DNA from: Iphione sp. A-MEVVRFRX5
Taxonomy: Eukaryota
Direction: 5' to 3'
Length of the DNA: 64,000 nucleotides
Assembly (NCBI GenBank): GCA_976226885.1
Contig: OZ320313.1
Span: forward strand, 116,126,001 to 116,190,000
Under the pieces are notes generated by a model. That model saw only the letters and a program-made list of their open reading frames with translations, did no database searches and was not told where the DNA came from. This document shows, piece after piece, positions 1-15,499 of this stretch; the stretch's first letter is position 1; every line of letters starts with the position of its first letter. Both the position numbers and the translations under genes were made by a program.

Positions 1-1068
1 ATGTAAAAAAGAAACCCATTCCTACACTTCCATGAAATTGTCCTTGTGTTAGATGTAGTCGCACAGCCGGCAGACTGGGGTTTCTTGCCAACAATGCAAT
101 TGGCCGCATCTTCCGGCGACTAGAGGCAAAGGCAATGTCGGTAGAGAAGGATTAGAGACGGGTTGACGGTGATCTTATTACCAAATATTCCTCGACTCGC
201 TGCTTTTCCTGAATGCATTGCCCACAGGTCGATAATTAGGGAAATAGGGAGCAGGCTTATAGCCTTTGTGGAGGGACTAAAGTAAGAGAAAGAACGAAGA
301 TCTAATGAACAGTGCAGGCATTTGCTCTGAGGGGCACGCCGGTCAGATGGAAGCTGGTTTGGGGGTTGACTGTGAGGTCTCTTGACGTCCAGCTTACTTG
401 TCTTCACTTTCCCTGACGATTGTGATATCATCTGTAGGTATCTACCGATTTGATCTGTTGCTTGGCATTCTCATAACACTCTTCAGTTTAACAGGCCATT
501 CTCTGGAAGTACTTAGATTTGTGTTCCTTTAAGAGAAAGGTAGATGGGCAAGAGGAGAATCTGCACATGTACACGGCTAAGAGGGTGTATTATGTTACGA
601 AACGTATTGATCTGCTCCCATAATGTAGGTATTGTGCCTGGTACATATCCGGCGAGTTGCAACTTCACCTGCAACTTAATGCTTGCGCGGGCTGCAACTG
701 ATGGTGTTACATGGCGCGTTTAATGGGACGATATAATCTCATGACTCAGCTAAGGTCAGGAAGACGAGGTTTTGACCTGCAGGCATGGTTGATGTATGAT
801 GCTTGGTGGGTGGTTCAGCTTAGTGCAGAATGTAAAGTGTCAACTTTCGTGGAGTTATTTTGTTAAATGTGTACTCTGTACATGTGTCCCCCGTAATTTC
901 ATCCGTACATATGACCTTTTACAATGTAATCAGTATGGCTTGTTATTTTATTTTTGATAGGCGTGTATCTACACAAATGTTCTTGTCTTACCTGTTTAGC
1001 ATGATCTTTTAAATATGATGCGAATGTGCTCTGACACTGTAGTAAGGTTATTATTCTGAAGAGTCATC

Positions 1069-3800
1069 TCAAGTTCAAGTTCAAGTTTTTTATTGAGCAA
1101 AGCAGTAATCCCTATGGATGATATTCGTACAAGGCTCATTTGGTGAAATCAAACAATTACAGATTTATTTGACACAAAGTCCATTTAATGTAATAGATTA
1201 AGTCGTGGTATAGTCTAAGACATAGATGTGGCAGAATAACTAGGACAGAGTCCTATGCAGTATCCGTCAGGTCAAATATTAGCAAGTCCACACAAGTTAC
1301 AACATTAGGTCGTTTTTAGGATGTGTTTGCTCCTTCGTAGGTATGCCTTCAACCGCGGTCTTGGGTATCCTCATACCCTGGATGGGAGACAGTTCCAAGC
1401 TCTGCCTCCTATATAGTAGCAGCTCATACGGTATTTGGCCCCATTTACCCGACTTTTTATCGGGAACCTGGGGCCAGCACTTTCCCTAGTCACGCGCCCT
1501 GTCAGTGGCTGGGCACCCTGCAGCATCAATAGTCCCTGCATAGAAAGTATTAAAAAATAATACATGTGCTCATTCACAGTCATGATACCCATGTTATTCA
1601 TATACTCAAGGACATCTGCTGATGATACTGGCTTATCCAGTATACATCTCTGGACCCTTTCACAAGGCAATTACTGAGCTTCTGCATCAGGGCTTTAGAG
1701 CAACACACCTTAAAATGCTAACCCTATGTCCAGCTGTGAAAGGAAAAATGCATTAAACAACATCAACCGAGTTTTCTCATTTAACTACCATTTCACTCTC
1801 CTGAGTAGATACATGACGGAGTTCATTTTTCATAACTTGTACTCAACAGCCAGATCAAACTGCAGACAATCATCCAGTAGGAAGCTGAGGAAATTGAAGT
1901 TCCTAACCTTCTCGAGTGGCATGCCACCCAAGTTAAGATCCAAGTCAAACACGTTTGCCCGCCCAAGACACATGTATTTACTCTTACTGCGGTTTAAAAC
2001 GACCATTATCCTTGCACCAATCTACTACTGCCTGCAATGTATGTTGACATTTGTGATGCAGTGCAAGGGGTTAAATTTCTTTATTCGATAAACTTACCAA
2101 AATAGTTCCTGTGCCTACCAAATTAGAGTTCCTTTTTGTACATGAGTACCTCTCTTCCTAAGTTGTTCGGTAGGTAGAATATACAGATGTAGGAATATGG
2201 TAGGGTTTGCAGTATACATAAATTATACTGAAGGATATTTCCAGTGAGTGTTCTACTATTGGCACCATCTTGATCAATCATAGAAAGCACAATGGGAAGC
2301 CCCATGATGGATATGGCTTCAATAGGGACATGGCGGGTAATAATGATGATTGGGAGAAGAACAAATCCTTTTTGTTCTTTATTAAAAGAAGCCTCTAACA
2401 GGGACGCATCCCAAACAGGGACAAATTGTGACAGAACCAAGGATGTCCTGATTAACGATTTTCCACTGTATTCATCAGAACCTAATACATGTATAAAGTT
2501 TTCCCACTCAGAAACTATCCATACCGTGAGTGAAAGCAGCATTTTTAAGAGTTAAACGTGGTGCATGAACTCCGTCTGTAAAGCAAAATTATGTAGCATC
2601 TCTGAGGGTTGAGAGAGGGAGGGATGGGCAGTGACCCCGGAAAGCGTAGATCCATGAGGTCAGAGCGAAGGCTGAGGGACTAGCAAGGAGTTCGGCGGGA
2701 CAGAGGGCGGCAGAGGGCGGTCAGGGCAAGGCGAGATGTTAGCTGTAAGCGTACCCGTAAAGCTGTCCTATTGAATGACCACTAGCCAGATGAAAGGAAC
2801 CGCTTGTGCGGATATTAGGGAGGCGGAATATGTGAGGTCAATATTCGGTGGAGACCACAGGTTTGTCTATATCGGCCATCCTCCATTTTGTGTTCAAGCC
2901 CCTCCGTCGTAACCAACTTACAATCATTAGCTTGCATGCCATCTGTGTTAACTCACAGAGATTGTGACACATATAAAGACACCAATTGCAAATAGGGAGG
3001 TGAATATTTCGTCGGAATGTTCTTGCTGCCCTTGCCAATATTACGGTATAATATCTAAGTTTACATGAAGGGCATGACCCCTTGCTTTGTTTCATATCTC
3101 TTCAGCGTAAATACTGCACTCTAAGCACGACCATCATCATAATCTCGCAGAAGCTACATTTATGGGGTGGGTTTCAGACTATTGCATAGCGTCGATAGCT
3201 TTGCTAGAGGCTCAAACTCAAATTGCAGCTGCATGATATTCCATAGCAAGGATATCGAAACGAAGCCAGTATGAGACTCCCACGTGGTATCGCATTGACA
3301 TGCACATATAAAACTATGTCATTCCAGGGCAAAACAATCAGAAATATTTCACGGGAAGATGGTGGTTGGAATGTAAAACCTCACGGTCGGGTCTTCGCTG
3401 ATCGATTGACAGTTTGAAGAATGCCGTACCTGTCTCCTGCTCGGCCTCTCTCGATCTCTATTGGTACCCATCGATGTGGAATAATGGCCTGACACAAAGG
3501 CCGCTTCTCTCACGTGTTCTGCACACTGTGCCTGATGCCTGGTTTTCTCCTTATTTGCCCACGTCCGTAGGAGTTTGCTTCTATGTGGCTATTTCTCTCA
3601 TCTAGCTCTCTCTAATTCTTACTCTGGGTTTCTCACCCTTCTTTTGGGATGGTAGACGCCAGATGAGGCAGGACTCTGGCGAAATACAGGGAGCGGCTGT
3701 GCTTTATGATGGTCTACTACAGGGCTCAGCTGTCCTCATCCGCCACACTTTACGAGCAACAATGTGTATTCCTGACCCTTTTTCTGATACATGGCTCTGG
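1069..3800 (-). mobile_element. Decayed, 5'-truncated L2/Crack (CR1-group) LINE
   Basis: 3' tail AATAAAAA(ACTTGA)3 at 1069-1094. C-terminal YYIGGRAWNCLPSRV; LNRSKSKYMCLG..LEKVRNFNFLSFLLDDCL (RT end); YAFRGHC (QxGFRxxHS-like); KWRMAD..EY*PHIFRLPNI (WKxA..NYRPISLLP-like). Many stops and frameshifts; 5' limit approximate. Confidence 0.65.
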
Positions 3801-6800
3801 TCGATTAATGAAAATAACGACCTGAGAAAATAACAGAACTACAAAAATCGAGCGTCGCAGCTCTTGATGAAGTATCTGTGGAAACATGATCTGGAGATCA
3901 CATTTGCGAGAGGCTTGCTATAATGAATATGAACCGTAAAATATAATATCTGAAATAGATAAAACTAGCTACGAACGAAACCATTATGTTATCAGTAAAT
4001 CAGTGTTACAAGATTTGAATTGCCTTCCTTGGAAGAATACAAATTATTTTAATTAAAAATTAACATATAGGTTATAATCTACATGTTTACTGTAATTTGG
4101 TAACATTGCCTATTTCGCTTTTAACCTGATATATCGAGACATTTAGATAGCATTTGTACAATGCGGACGTCTTTATTCAATGCCAACATTCTGTTCAACC
4201 GCATCATTTCAAATAGAGACCACAAAATGCATCGTTTCGCCTAAATGAATGTCGCGCCCAGGTCAAGAAAGGCTTATTATTTATACATGACAATGTGTCC
4301 TTAATTCGTCCTGCTTCTACCTTTGCTGTGATTTGATTTTTACCCTGTTGCCTACCGTGATCTCTCGCTTGATGTAATTTGGCCGCAGCAGTCGCACATC
4401 GTTCTGTACGATCAACATAAACGAGCCGTGATGCAATTTACCCTTACGATTACGTGCCCCAGACGATTGTATCCCCACAGCTAGAAATCGTGAGGTCTAT
4501 GGTGAAACATGTGAAATATGAGCTCGAAATATAACACAATATCCAATACAATTGCAACAGTGTTTCATTTCATGTTATTATATTTATCTCTGCATTGTGT
4601 GATATGCATGTTCGCACGCACATGTTCCACCAGGTAATTATGCCACAACAAGAGGTGTATTCAGTACCTGTGATACATTTTCAATCCAGGGCTAATGAAT
4701 ACATGTGTATAAGCTGATACAGAGAAAAGAGTTTGTATAACCATATTTTGCCTTATATCTTATATCGCCAACAATAAGAAATACTAAACTCACATTTCTA
4801 CATTTGTCAGCTATTCTCGATACCTGCAAATGTGCGTGTTGATCAGGCAAGGTAGATATTTCAAGTTTAAGTCCTTTTTTCATGAAAGTCTATAACTCAC
4901 AGCTATATAAAAAGCTTCGTGCAAATGCACACAATTGCAGCAAGAATTCTGATATTTTACTAATTAGATTATATGTAAAGATACATACGCATGGACATTG
5001 CCCCCTCGTCCCTCTCTCTCATCTAGTACTACTAGAGCCACTACTTAAACTAAAACGAACATCGTAACCATTGGAACTGTTCCCAATACACTCAAAGTTC
5101 ATTTCTGTGGACAGGGCTCCGATACGCAATAGGATGGTCTTTATTGGGACGTTCCATCCTCAGAGGGAAATGAAGGCGCTTACCAAGTTCCTTTCCATCT
5201 CCTGCAAAGGAAACCACCGCCTCAACACGTGATACAATTTCAATTCATTCTATTCTCTGTTTCCGCGCGATGAAGCGGCCTCTCTCTTTGGTAGCACGGA
5301 ACAGCGGGATTCTCTTCCGTCGTGCTGCCGTGGCGATTGGACTCTACTGTCCGCTGTCTTTGTTACCTCCTCTAATTGGTTTGCCTAATACCCTAGCGGA
5401 GGTATTCAATTAAAGGCGCATTGATTTGCGCCACGCTGCAAAACAAAAGATTTGTGTCTTGTCGCGTTAATCCACGTGGTATTCACCGATGGGGATGCCC
5501 TGTGCAGGCCAGCAGAGGGAGGAACTGCCTCCAAGACAGCCATGGTCAACACCCGACTTTGCCGCAGTCAGAAGTAAGCTCGGCAAGTTTTCTTCTTGCA
5601 CGATTTTTTAAATAAATAAGATCAGCATGAAATCTCTTTTCTTTCTTGAGAGTGGTAAACCCTAGTTACTGATAGCCTTTTGCTAAGTGATTCATTTCCA
5701 CGAACCAATCATGCAATCTCTAGTAATATGATAAGTAATGCTGTGCTTCAACTCTCTAAGTGGTTCTGCAGCTATAGCGAAAAATTAAATTACCCTCGAT
5801 TCTGCTAATTGTATATTAACAAAATATGATATCTCTAAATTTGGTTCCAAGCTATAATAGGAATTGTGATTATCTCATTAATCTATGTAGTAATAGGACA
5901 ATGTTTGTTCAAGCGGCCCGCATACATATTGATCGTAACATTTGTATCACTTTCAACAACCCAACCAACGCGATCTGACATGTTGGAACATTGTGAAAAT
6001 TGAAATGTCCTTCGCATGGTACCTACTATAGTGTTAAAGTTTGTCCTTTCTGTAAATCACTCATTCCTCAGGGTTTCCTTATTACTGAAACCTGATTTAA
6101 ATAGTACAAGATCCTGTAGCCTACAATCGTGTTGTGATTAAACAATATACTACGAAAGGAACGTACACTTGTCATGAACACTTTGACACTTATCTGTGAA
6201 GGTTTTGTCTATAAATACTGTTTGTTTTGGATATAAATACTGTTGGTATATAACCTTCCAGTGTAATAAACGTTTCTAATAAAATGTTGCAACACACGCC
6301 CATTACAAACTGAGTGTAGGCTCTTGGACATTTCATAAGGTACATCTCAATAAAAATATGCTGCTAAATAATTGACGTGCAATTTAATAATGATAAGTTT
6401 ATTGCTTAAGCTATTAAGCTATTAACCTGATAGTTATTTCTTCTCCTAGGGGAGATTTATATGTGTTTGGGGTATCTAAACACCCTATAGATTTTTTCAT
6501 CAGTGTGTCCTTTAACTATAAAATCAAATGATCGATCTGGTTGTCTATAACTCACCCTCTTGGAACACAAACATATTAAATATATACGTTGTTGTGTCAT
6601 TTTACAATTTCATATAGTGCATCAACACATTTCTCGTAACTACAGTGGTATTATATAAGTGCGCTGTTTGCTCTTACAGTGGGAGTGTATGGATGTACTA
6701 CACGCCTCTACAGTGGGAGTGCGATCTGCCTTTTCTCATTGGTGCACTACATATAACATGTATATAAAGCATGGACCACTGCCATGTGGCTTCATTTACC

Positions 6801-8499
6801 ATGCTGCTGTCAATAATTCCCTCCTGCCACACCCGTCCGGCATCGATGACTCAAATTTCGGTTGAATTTTATTATTTACTTGTTATATCATATTGATATT
6901 TATTTTTTAAATTTCCAACAAAAATGCTTTCCCCAACCAGTCCTAGTAAGTTGCACAGAGACATCGTCAAAACAACGAATATGTTCCAAATATTCTTAAA
7001 CATGCTATGATTTACAAATGATATCTCAACAAGGACAAAAAGAATCTATATCATGCGAATCTCATTCGGGGAAGCCATCGAAAACAAATTTTGGTTTATT
7101 ATTTCGAATGCCATCGTACAGCAGGAGATTTACATTGGAAAGGTCCCCAGCATATTGTAAGTGACTATAATTCTGCCTGTGGCTAAACAAGAAAACCTAA
7201 CTAACGTGCTTGCATTCTCCTGACGTCAGGGCAAGTACAAGGGAAGAGCTTTTCGGTGGAATTTCAATGGGCAATCCATACATCTACCGTGATGTTGTGT
7301 GTGGATCTTCTTGTCATGCAAACAGGAATGCACCAACCCCCCCAGACGTCGGCACCCTTCCCTTAATTGTTGAAGCTGAAGTACCTGTACAGCAATATGC
7401 CAATGCAGCAAAAAAAAGAATGCCGCAATTATTTTTAAAATTCTGTATTTCAACAACAAATGCATAGTCCGATGAAAGCAAGCTTCTCACAATATAGCTA
7501 ATAAATGGAGCGGAAGGTTCAGTGAGTCTCACTGAGGGTTATACTAATAAAGACGTTGATCACGTATGCCTGTATGCGAGCCGCCGAGACATGTCAAACG
7601 TTGATGGGACCTTGGGCGGCGCCTACCAAGGTTGAGCCCGATATAAAGACGGCTCACTTACTGCTCGACTGGCTCACTTACTTATTCACCGCGTCACAGG
7701 TCAGCCATGCGGGGTGCCGTTACCGCGCGCCACAGCTCCTCTACATAATTTAAACATGCGCCCAAGGCATGGATGCGTGCCTGCCGTCTCTGTGTCACCC
7801 TGCACAAACAGAGGAGAACCTGGCGGTCAGTGGCAGCCTGGGCGCCGCAGCACAGTCACAACCAGACGACGGCAAACATGTACATCCTCGCCGCGTCACA
7901 CCTCCAATGGAGAAAACACGCAGTGAACATAGCACCCTGTCATCTTCTATTCCATGGTTCTGTAGCTCACTGACGGATGAATACGTCTTTTGCCTCACCT
8001 CCTGAAATCGCATTATGTATGAAAATAAATCTTTTCTGTTTGAGGCTATTTACATATTCTCTTTACTGCTAATTAGGTCACTTTTGGGCTGCGTTCTCCA
8101 AAATAAAGCATACCTCCTATCAAATTGTGATAACCTTGCTTTAACATCGATGTATTTTTTCCTGTATTGAATAGGATATACATGTAACAAAATAGATTCA
8201 TTGTTTTTAATTGCAGTATCTTGCACAAGAGAACGTTTTCCAATTGAATCTCAAATAAATAAATTCAACGAAGCATCATTGTATAATATTGTACATGTAC
8301 ATGTATTTTATAAGTTTATTTTCGTCATTAATCGCCAGTGGTTTTTGCCATATAGATTCTACGGAGAAGGCTATGTACCCTCAACGAATGGATTACTCCA
8401 TACCGAGAGTATAGTCAGCAATGCAGTAAAGCCCAAACCTTCAATCGATTATCTAGTGTCGTTTCGTTATATTTGGAATTCTCACCATGATAGGCGTCT

Positions 8500-11400
8500 T
8501 TCTGCGAGCTGTATAATCCCGATCTAACCCATTTTGACCGTTTTCAGCAAGTACCGCGATGCGACCACTCGACGACGAAATTCTGAGGTTGTGACTTCGG
8601 ATTTGGTAGAATGGCACCGTCTACCACCAGGGGAATACATATGATTCTCGTGTCACTTTTCGTGGCGCCGGTCTATCTCAGAGGTAACCTGGGTCATTAT
8701 TTTGAATCTCTCGGTTGGCAATTTGTAATTGAAATTTTCAAAGGATTGAAACTGAGATGAAAACGACAACTCTAACCGGACAGAGGGCGCAGGCCGTCTC
8801 CGGCTCAGGGGAGATAAGTAGAGAAACAATCGCTTGGAAAGTATTCGCTTGTCCGCGGCATCACTCCCTTCGTGTGTTTTCACGGGAGCAATTCTAGGCC
8901 ACCCAGCTGGACGGTCTGAACATACAGGCCCATGGTGCACAAACAGGGAAAAGTCCGATGGAACTGTTTTATTTCCAAGCGCTGAAGAAATAATTATTAT
9001 TCACTGAATGATCATCGTGTATTGTGAAGTAGATAATGCGTGAATACGAGGAAGGTCACTACATATATCCCACTACTAGTCCTATTACGGCAAGTCGTTT
9101 TTTTCTGTGATGACTAGGATTTTTAATATAGAGTCTGTATAAAGAATGTTCCTTCGGATGAATTAATAAAACAAAGTACACCAATTACACAATGTTCATG
9201 GTTGTGTATGTTAGCTGTATACGCATAATCCCGTGTTCAAAATAAGGACTGCACTGTGTGATTAGCTAACGACCGTCGATAGAGTATTTCGGCGCCCACT
9301 GATTTCACTAAGAGGATAACTTCAGATACAAAGGACCAGAAGAATGGAGCGATAACAACAGACTCTATTCCATCATTTTACAACTAGCATCAAGCCATGA
9401 ATTGCTCTAGGTTATCTCCAGACCTCACAACCAAATGTTTTTTTTTGTCTGCCCCTAAGTCAATAATTCTTCATGATACTCACGTCAAAACCACCCTCAT
9501 GATCACAGCCCCTGCTATGTGTTGCTCTCACATAAAGTGCTTCAGTGAGAAACCGATGCTGTTGAGCATTGGTTTCTATGCAAAGATGGTTGACGTTTAC
9601 TGTGGGTCCCTCTCCTTTCAAATTCTCTTGGCTGTGTTTAATCCGCAGTCATAATTATAGACCGCGTGAAATGAGGAGGAGTCTCTTGCCAGACGGCCGG
9701 TCTAAAATGAGATCGATGACTGGTCGGGCTACCCGTGGCACGGGTAAGGGACGGGGGTTGGGGTTATTGGCGTGCCCCTCCTCGAGTCACCAGGTACTTG
9801 GCAGTACGAGCGTGTAATAGGGTCCTAGAGAGAGGATACTGTCTGTAGCAACAGCTTCTCACTCACATAGTAGAAGCGTGTAATGCCATTTCAAATGGTA
9901 AATACTGACGTATCAATTTCGAAACTAGTAGGACGAGCTGTAGAGGGAGGAGAACAAGGAGAACATAAAGAAGATGATTTCGGAAAAGTAGAAGACGGAG
10001 AACGGTAGGAAAATGAAAACATATACAGTACCTGATTGGATGGTACGTGGATCAAGGCCGAACCAATTCGCGGCATTCCATTTAATGGCACATGTCGAAG
10101 TCCACAATGCTTGCGTCTTGTTAAATGCAAGTATCGACGTGCTGGTCAATGCTGGGGAGCGAAATTGGCGAAACCCTAGCTGTTTAACAGGTTGGGCATA
10201 TAGGTGCAGGGATGTATAGAGGATGTGAACGAGGGAGCGCAATACTGGGCGACAGGTGCTATTGAAACGCCTCAGATCGGCTCAATAGGCAATCGATGGG
10301 AGCAGAAACGTGTCTGGCACACATCGACTTATCCAGTGAATGCTTTGAAACCCCCCGGAGTACATAACGCTGACCGATTGTTCCTCTTTCACTCGATGTA
10401 TGTCTCTATGACTGTCTTCTCAATAGTGGTACCATCATTTCATTTCCGGAAAAAAAATCGATCGCCACGTGATACTACAAGACCTGATAGGAGGTTGCAA
10501 AAAGCCAAGAGTATAATCTGGAAATCGTAATCGTATCGGTAATATCCTTAACAGAATCCAACGTAATCAGCTTTTGATGTCTAGTATCCCCTCCATCCCT
10601 CTTTGGAGAAAGTGTGCTGCTTACTCAAAACAATTCCGCGAAATTCATCAATACGAATCTTTCATAAGCAGGTGCAGCTTCACATAAACGCAATACCGCT
10701 GAGAAAAGGACGTTGTCTGCTGTCCATTGCTAATGAAAGAAGGCTAAAGCCGTTTGATTACAGCATATGTTATATTTCGATGGGATAAAGCCTCTCACAG
10801 TATAAATCTTTCAGACAAAAATATTGTAGAGTCTCGGCGCATCTATACGGGAACAAACACACATTATATCGCCAGTGTCCTACTCTGCATAGTGTTTATT
10901 TTTCCCAAAGCAAATACTAGCATAGAATTAGCTTTAACCTCTACAAATGAACTATCCCGCCTGGAATTGTTTGGATTCGGACATTCACAAGTGTAAAAAC
11001 ATTTTATTTGTGTGACACACTATGGAAGCATGTCAGTGGGCTACAATGTGTACACTCTGTAAAATTATGTCTTGTGAAAATTATTTATATGTATCCACCC
11101 GTGTACAATACTTATGACACCAACATTAATTGTTTTTTTCTATGGAATGAGGAATAGAATTTTTTGTCAAAATGGCTGTGGAAGCTTGGTTTGTCCACAG
11201 TTTGTACTGTGTTTCATATGTACACTTTGTTTGATGGGTCATTCAAACGGATGAACAAATGAATTTATTCTGAAAATAACTTATGACAGTAAGTATAGGC
11301 CTACGTTGGTATAATTGTATCTTCTGAAAAAAAACTGCCTGCAGTTTACTTTTCCTACTGCATAAATATTGCTGTATATGCAGAACTTATAGTCCATACA

Positions 11401-13400
11401 ACACAAACAATACATCTTGTACTAGGTGTCCAAAATGTATTTGTATATATTTGCCTGACCTCTAATTACCTCGACAAATGAGAATCATTTTGGCGTATGT
11501 TAAGCAGTATATCCCACTTAAACCACCCCTGCCACCTCTCTCTATATATCCCTACCATACCCCCGAGGACATCATACCATGTATTTGTACTGTTGGCCAT
11601 GCATTATGATTGTTGATTGTCCCTCAGACATCATATCGTGTAATTGCAGGTCCTCGTACTTTATCTAATACATGTACATAAAACGTTTCTGTACCCCTCT
11701 GCGCGAATCCAAGGGTGAATTAAATATATACATTTTATATATGTTAGATATAAAACATGAAATACAGTGTGGGTGGAATTACCAATGCGTAGCCGAGGTC
11801 GTCTAATCAAGCTGGTTTGAGTTTTACAGGCCATAATAACGAGTTTCTACATTTAACTTAGAGATTGCAACACCTCAAGCCAGAAGAAAAAACCTTCACC
11901 ATATTTTGTGTGCAGCATAACAAACACCACACCTATTTTCATCAGAAGACCTTCACTAGGTACCCCCGAAGGATGGATGGGACTATCAGCGAAAAAGGTA
12001 ATACTTCCATCCTCTATGCCAAAATATAACCACATACACATACATGTACGTCATCATATTTAAATTATATCGGTATGTCAGGGGCATCAACGTTACTGTA
12101 TTTTGGCTTGGCTGTGGCCGCTTGAGTTTGCGGAAAAGTTTGTTCAGTTGCTGGGGTATACGTTAATGTGTCCGTGGAGAAGCGTGCTTCCTTTTTCAGC
12201 CCTGGCGAATGTGAACACTTCTGCCTGTTCGCTGTAGATACAGCAGCTAACAGAGATGGACAGGATAAGTCACGCTAGGCACTAGTTGACGACTGTAATT
12301 TGCATGTTTCAGCATTTTCTGCAAAAGGGATAGACTCTGAAGCCCCCTAACTGTACCCTTTATGATGAGTAGCTCGGAAGTTTGAAAGCTTCTGGGAATA
12401 ACATTCTAGACACGACCACTTACCTTCCTGCCCTCCCCCACCCCCACTTCCCCACATATGTGGACGAAGGCGGGCTCATGGAAAAGAATACAAAACTTTA
12501 CGTTTCTGGTTCATTAAAACTTCAAGAGTCTCCACTGCAGTGTTGTGCTGAAGCCGTCCCTTTGAATTTCAAATTGGCAGAACCGGAAGCGTTGATCGAG
12601 AATTTTGTCGCATATCTTGAAATAACTACATATTCAAATTGCTATTAAGAATAACAGAGTTGCTAACGCTTACCTATATGCTTCCATGTCCTCTGAAAGC
12701 TTCCCGTCTCTTGCAGCATGGAAAAATGACTCGTTTTCACTCCGAGCTGGTGCTCTGTTGCACATCTGTCCTGTCCTGGCAGGACTAGTCAGACTGGTAT
12801 CAATCATGCGTGTTTACCTGTTTGTGCGATCGCAACTCTTTACGCATCTCGATGTAGTAGTAATTTCAACTCTCTGTCGTTTTTCAGTCTTACTAATATT
12901 CTCTTTTTGTTCGATGCGTGCGCTAAGATAACGCCGCTAGACATGAGAGAAGAGCCATCTCGGGAGTCGCCTCACCTGCCTGCCACCTAGAGAATAGTGC
13001 ATCGCATGCCCGACTGGGAGAAACAGTACAGAGGCCATACAGGTGCTGGCGAATGGTGGCTGTGGAATGTGCTCTGTGGTCGATGATCATGCGCTCATCG
13101 ACTTGCACCTAGTAATCCGATGTGTGGAAGCGCGATTGTTTCCTGTTTGCTTAGTCTATGACCTGGTGCAGTTACCACATGGATACACCCATATACAAGT
13201 TGCTAGGTATTTTTTAAAGTTGTTGTCTTTGTACTGGAACTTTTATCTGATATCATGTGTTTCCTTAGACATAAGAGGAGTTTTCACCGGACTGTTTTTT
13301 CCCATCGACCAGTTGGACTCTTCTGGTTAATTACGCCCTGCTGGTGAGCCTATGATCGATATCAGTGTATTAGAAAACCTTGCATATCTTATTTAAATTA
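8500..13400 (-). mobile_element. Highly decayed, possibly near full-length CR1-like LINE
   Basis: Remnants in the expected order: PHD-like YPCGNC (about 13175), KKRILVRL (ORF1), LHGHINV and MWLYFGIEDG (APE start, about 12000-12200), GTINNHNAW (GDFN-like), QLGFRQFRS (RT, about 10170), KRLFLYLSPLSRRR and NYKLPTE (C-terminus, 8700-8840). Motif matches by eye only. Confidence 0.45.
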
Positions 13401-15499
13401 GATATTATTTTTGGGGTAATATCCCTGCCCACTGAAAGATGTCTTCAAACCCCCTATAAAAAAGATTAATTTGATTTATTGTTGCATCCTCGAGCAATTT
13501 CTTTCCGTTTTTCCGTGTGCACGCACTTTCCATTCATACCATGGGAGTGCATTAATATGTTGATAGGCTTCAGAGGGTTAAAGAAGGTAAGAGTGGTAAA
13601 TGGTGTGGTTGAAACCAAATAAACAGCTTCTCAGCCATGTTCTTAGAGATTATGGTACATAAATACCCCCACTGGATGCTAATCTAATGCGTAGGTATGC
13701 AAATTTTGCCTACTGTTTGAATACACTTATTGCGTGTTTAGCTACAGTTGCTTTTATTCACATGCATAGGTGAGAGATGAGGTGAAAGAGAGCACTTGCA
13801 AAAAGATGTAGAATCAACTTTTCTCTTAGTACTTTCTTTTTTGGTTTTGAATATGGTACTCCAGTGTAGAGCCCCGGTGCACCTGTGCAAACTCTGTCAT
13901 TGGGTGTTCCTCGCACATGAATACAGCCTACACACATTAGAGCCTGATCTGACTCCTGGGCTTGAGAAGATTGTTCCATGAGTTAGAGTCAAGCAATCAT
14001 CCTAGTTATGTTAATTGGGTGTCACTTATTGAATATAGGGTTGTCTTCCTCTTCTTTTTTTGTCTATAAAAGAGTCTAAATTGCATGTTTATTTTCATCA
14101 TTTGTGTGGTACCTTCCACCATCCTATGGGGCCCTTGGTGCCACAAGGGCTGTATGCATGTGTGGACACGTGAGGTTCCCCTCTCCAATGGGTAGTATGT
14201 GTTTATCCTGTTCAATAGTAATATAGTCAAAGGAGTCATGCTAAGAAGGATGTTCTGTTGGAGAGGGAAAAAGGTCCAGTTGCTGCGGTTTTGACCTTTA
14301 TGGTCTCATCATGCACCAAGGGGTCATAATCCTATCAATATCTATGGTAAGTCCTCAAGTAGGGATGCAGGACTAGTTTGTCATGGCCACTGCTTAAAGC
14401 AGTAAGAACAAAAAAACTATCTTCATCTTTTAAAAGGAGCAACTTTAAGAAAAGACAACAGATAGTTCCCTCTAGATTATAATGTAAACAGACACGGCAA
14501 TCGAGAATATTTGGACACTTGTACATGGATAAGATTCCTGTCTATCTCTACGAATAGAATAACAGTGGGGACATCATATCACTGACTTACAATTACCACT
14601 TTCTTTGTAATCTTAAGATAGAATGTTAGTGGTTCTGATATAGATGATTTAGATAATTATGTTGGTACAAGTTATGGAGACCATCTGTTAAGTTCTCTAA
14701 CGAAGCCGAGTTTCCGACTGAAAGCACGTATCGAACGGCCAATATCAACTGAAACTTAGCTTTACACGTCGGGGCGTGCTAAGGATATTGGTTTTAACTC
14801 AACATAAAACGACAAGCGACAAGAGCGCAATATTGCCCAGGAGAGCGATAACACAAAACGTTTTCTACTTACCTACTTCTACAGGCTATGTTTCCTATGA
14901 GTGATATCACTGCTATTGGGGCCTTTATGCAGTCTTCCTTGTCTGTTTGGTATTAATACAGTTCTATGACTTTCTGCAAAATTCGTCGAATAAAACTGTA
15001 GACCCTGGCATATACCATAGTGGTAAGAGCAGTTAGACCTCTGGCTAATTGACCTTTACGGAAAACGGCTTGTGTCAGCAAACTGCGGGTAAGATGTACT
15101 GATCCTCTTACGTCCAAAGGAAATAGATTGTATAAAAAAATATCTAGGTCGTCACGACCTCTCGTTGGATTGGCAGAACTTGGAAAGTCTTTATTTCGGT
15201 ATGATCCCCTCTATGACATGCTACTCAGACAAAGTTCTATGATTCTCACTTAATTAGGTATAATCTAGATTGAATATACTTTGGTCGGTGGTCATATCAA
15301 TTAGAGCCTGACATTAATCTTGCTTTTTGATGAAACATAAGCACAGTTGGAATTTAGTACATGCAAACTCATTACCAGGGAACATCTAAGCTCGGGTAAA
15401 GACGCTATGCATACAAAATAGGGTGATCACCTAATTATAACACATGCAGCCAAATGAGAAAATAAACATACAACATGATATACCTGAAGAGCGTAGAAT

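Noticed and set aside
6130-6294. Solo-LTR-like segment TGTTG...CAACA with TATAAA and AATAAA
   Set aside because: Flanks ATCG/CACG do not form a TSD and there is no PBS/PPT or second copy.
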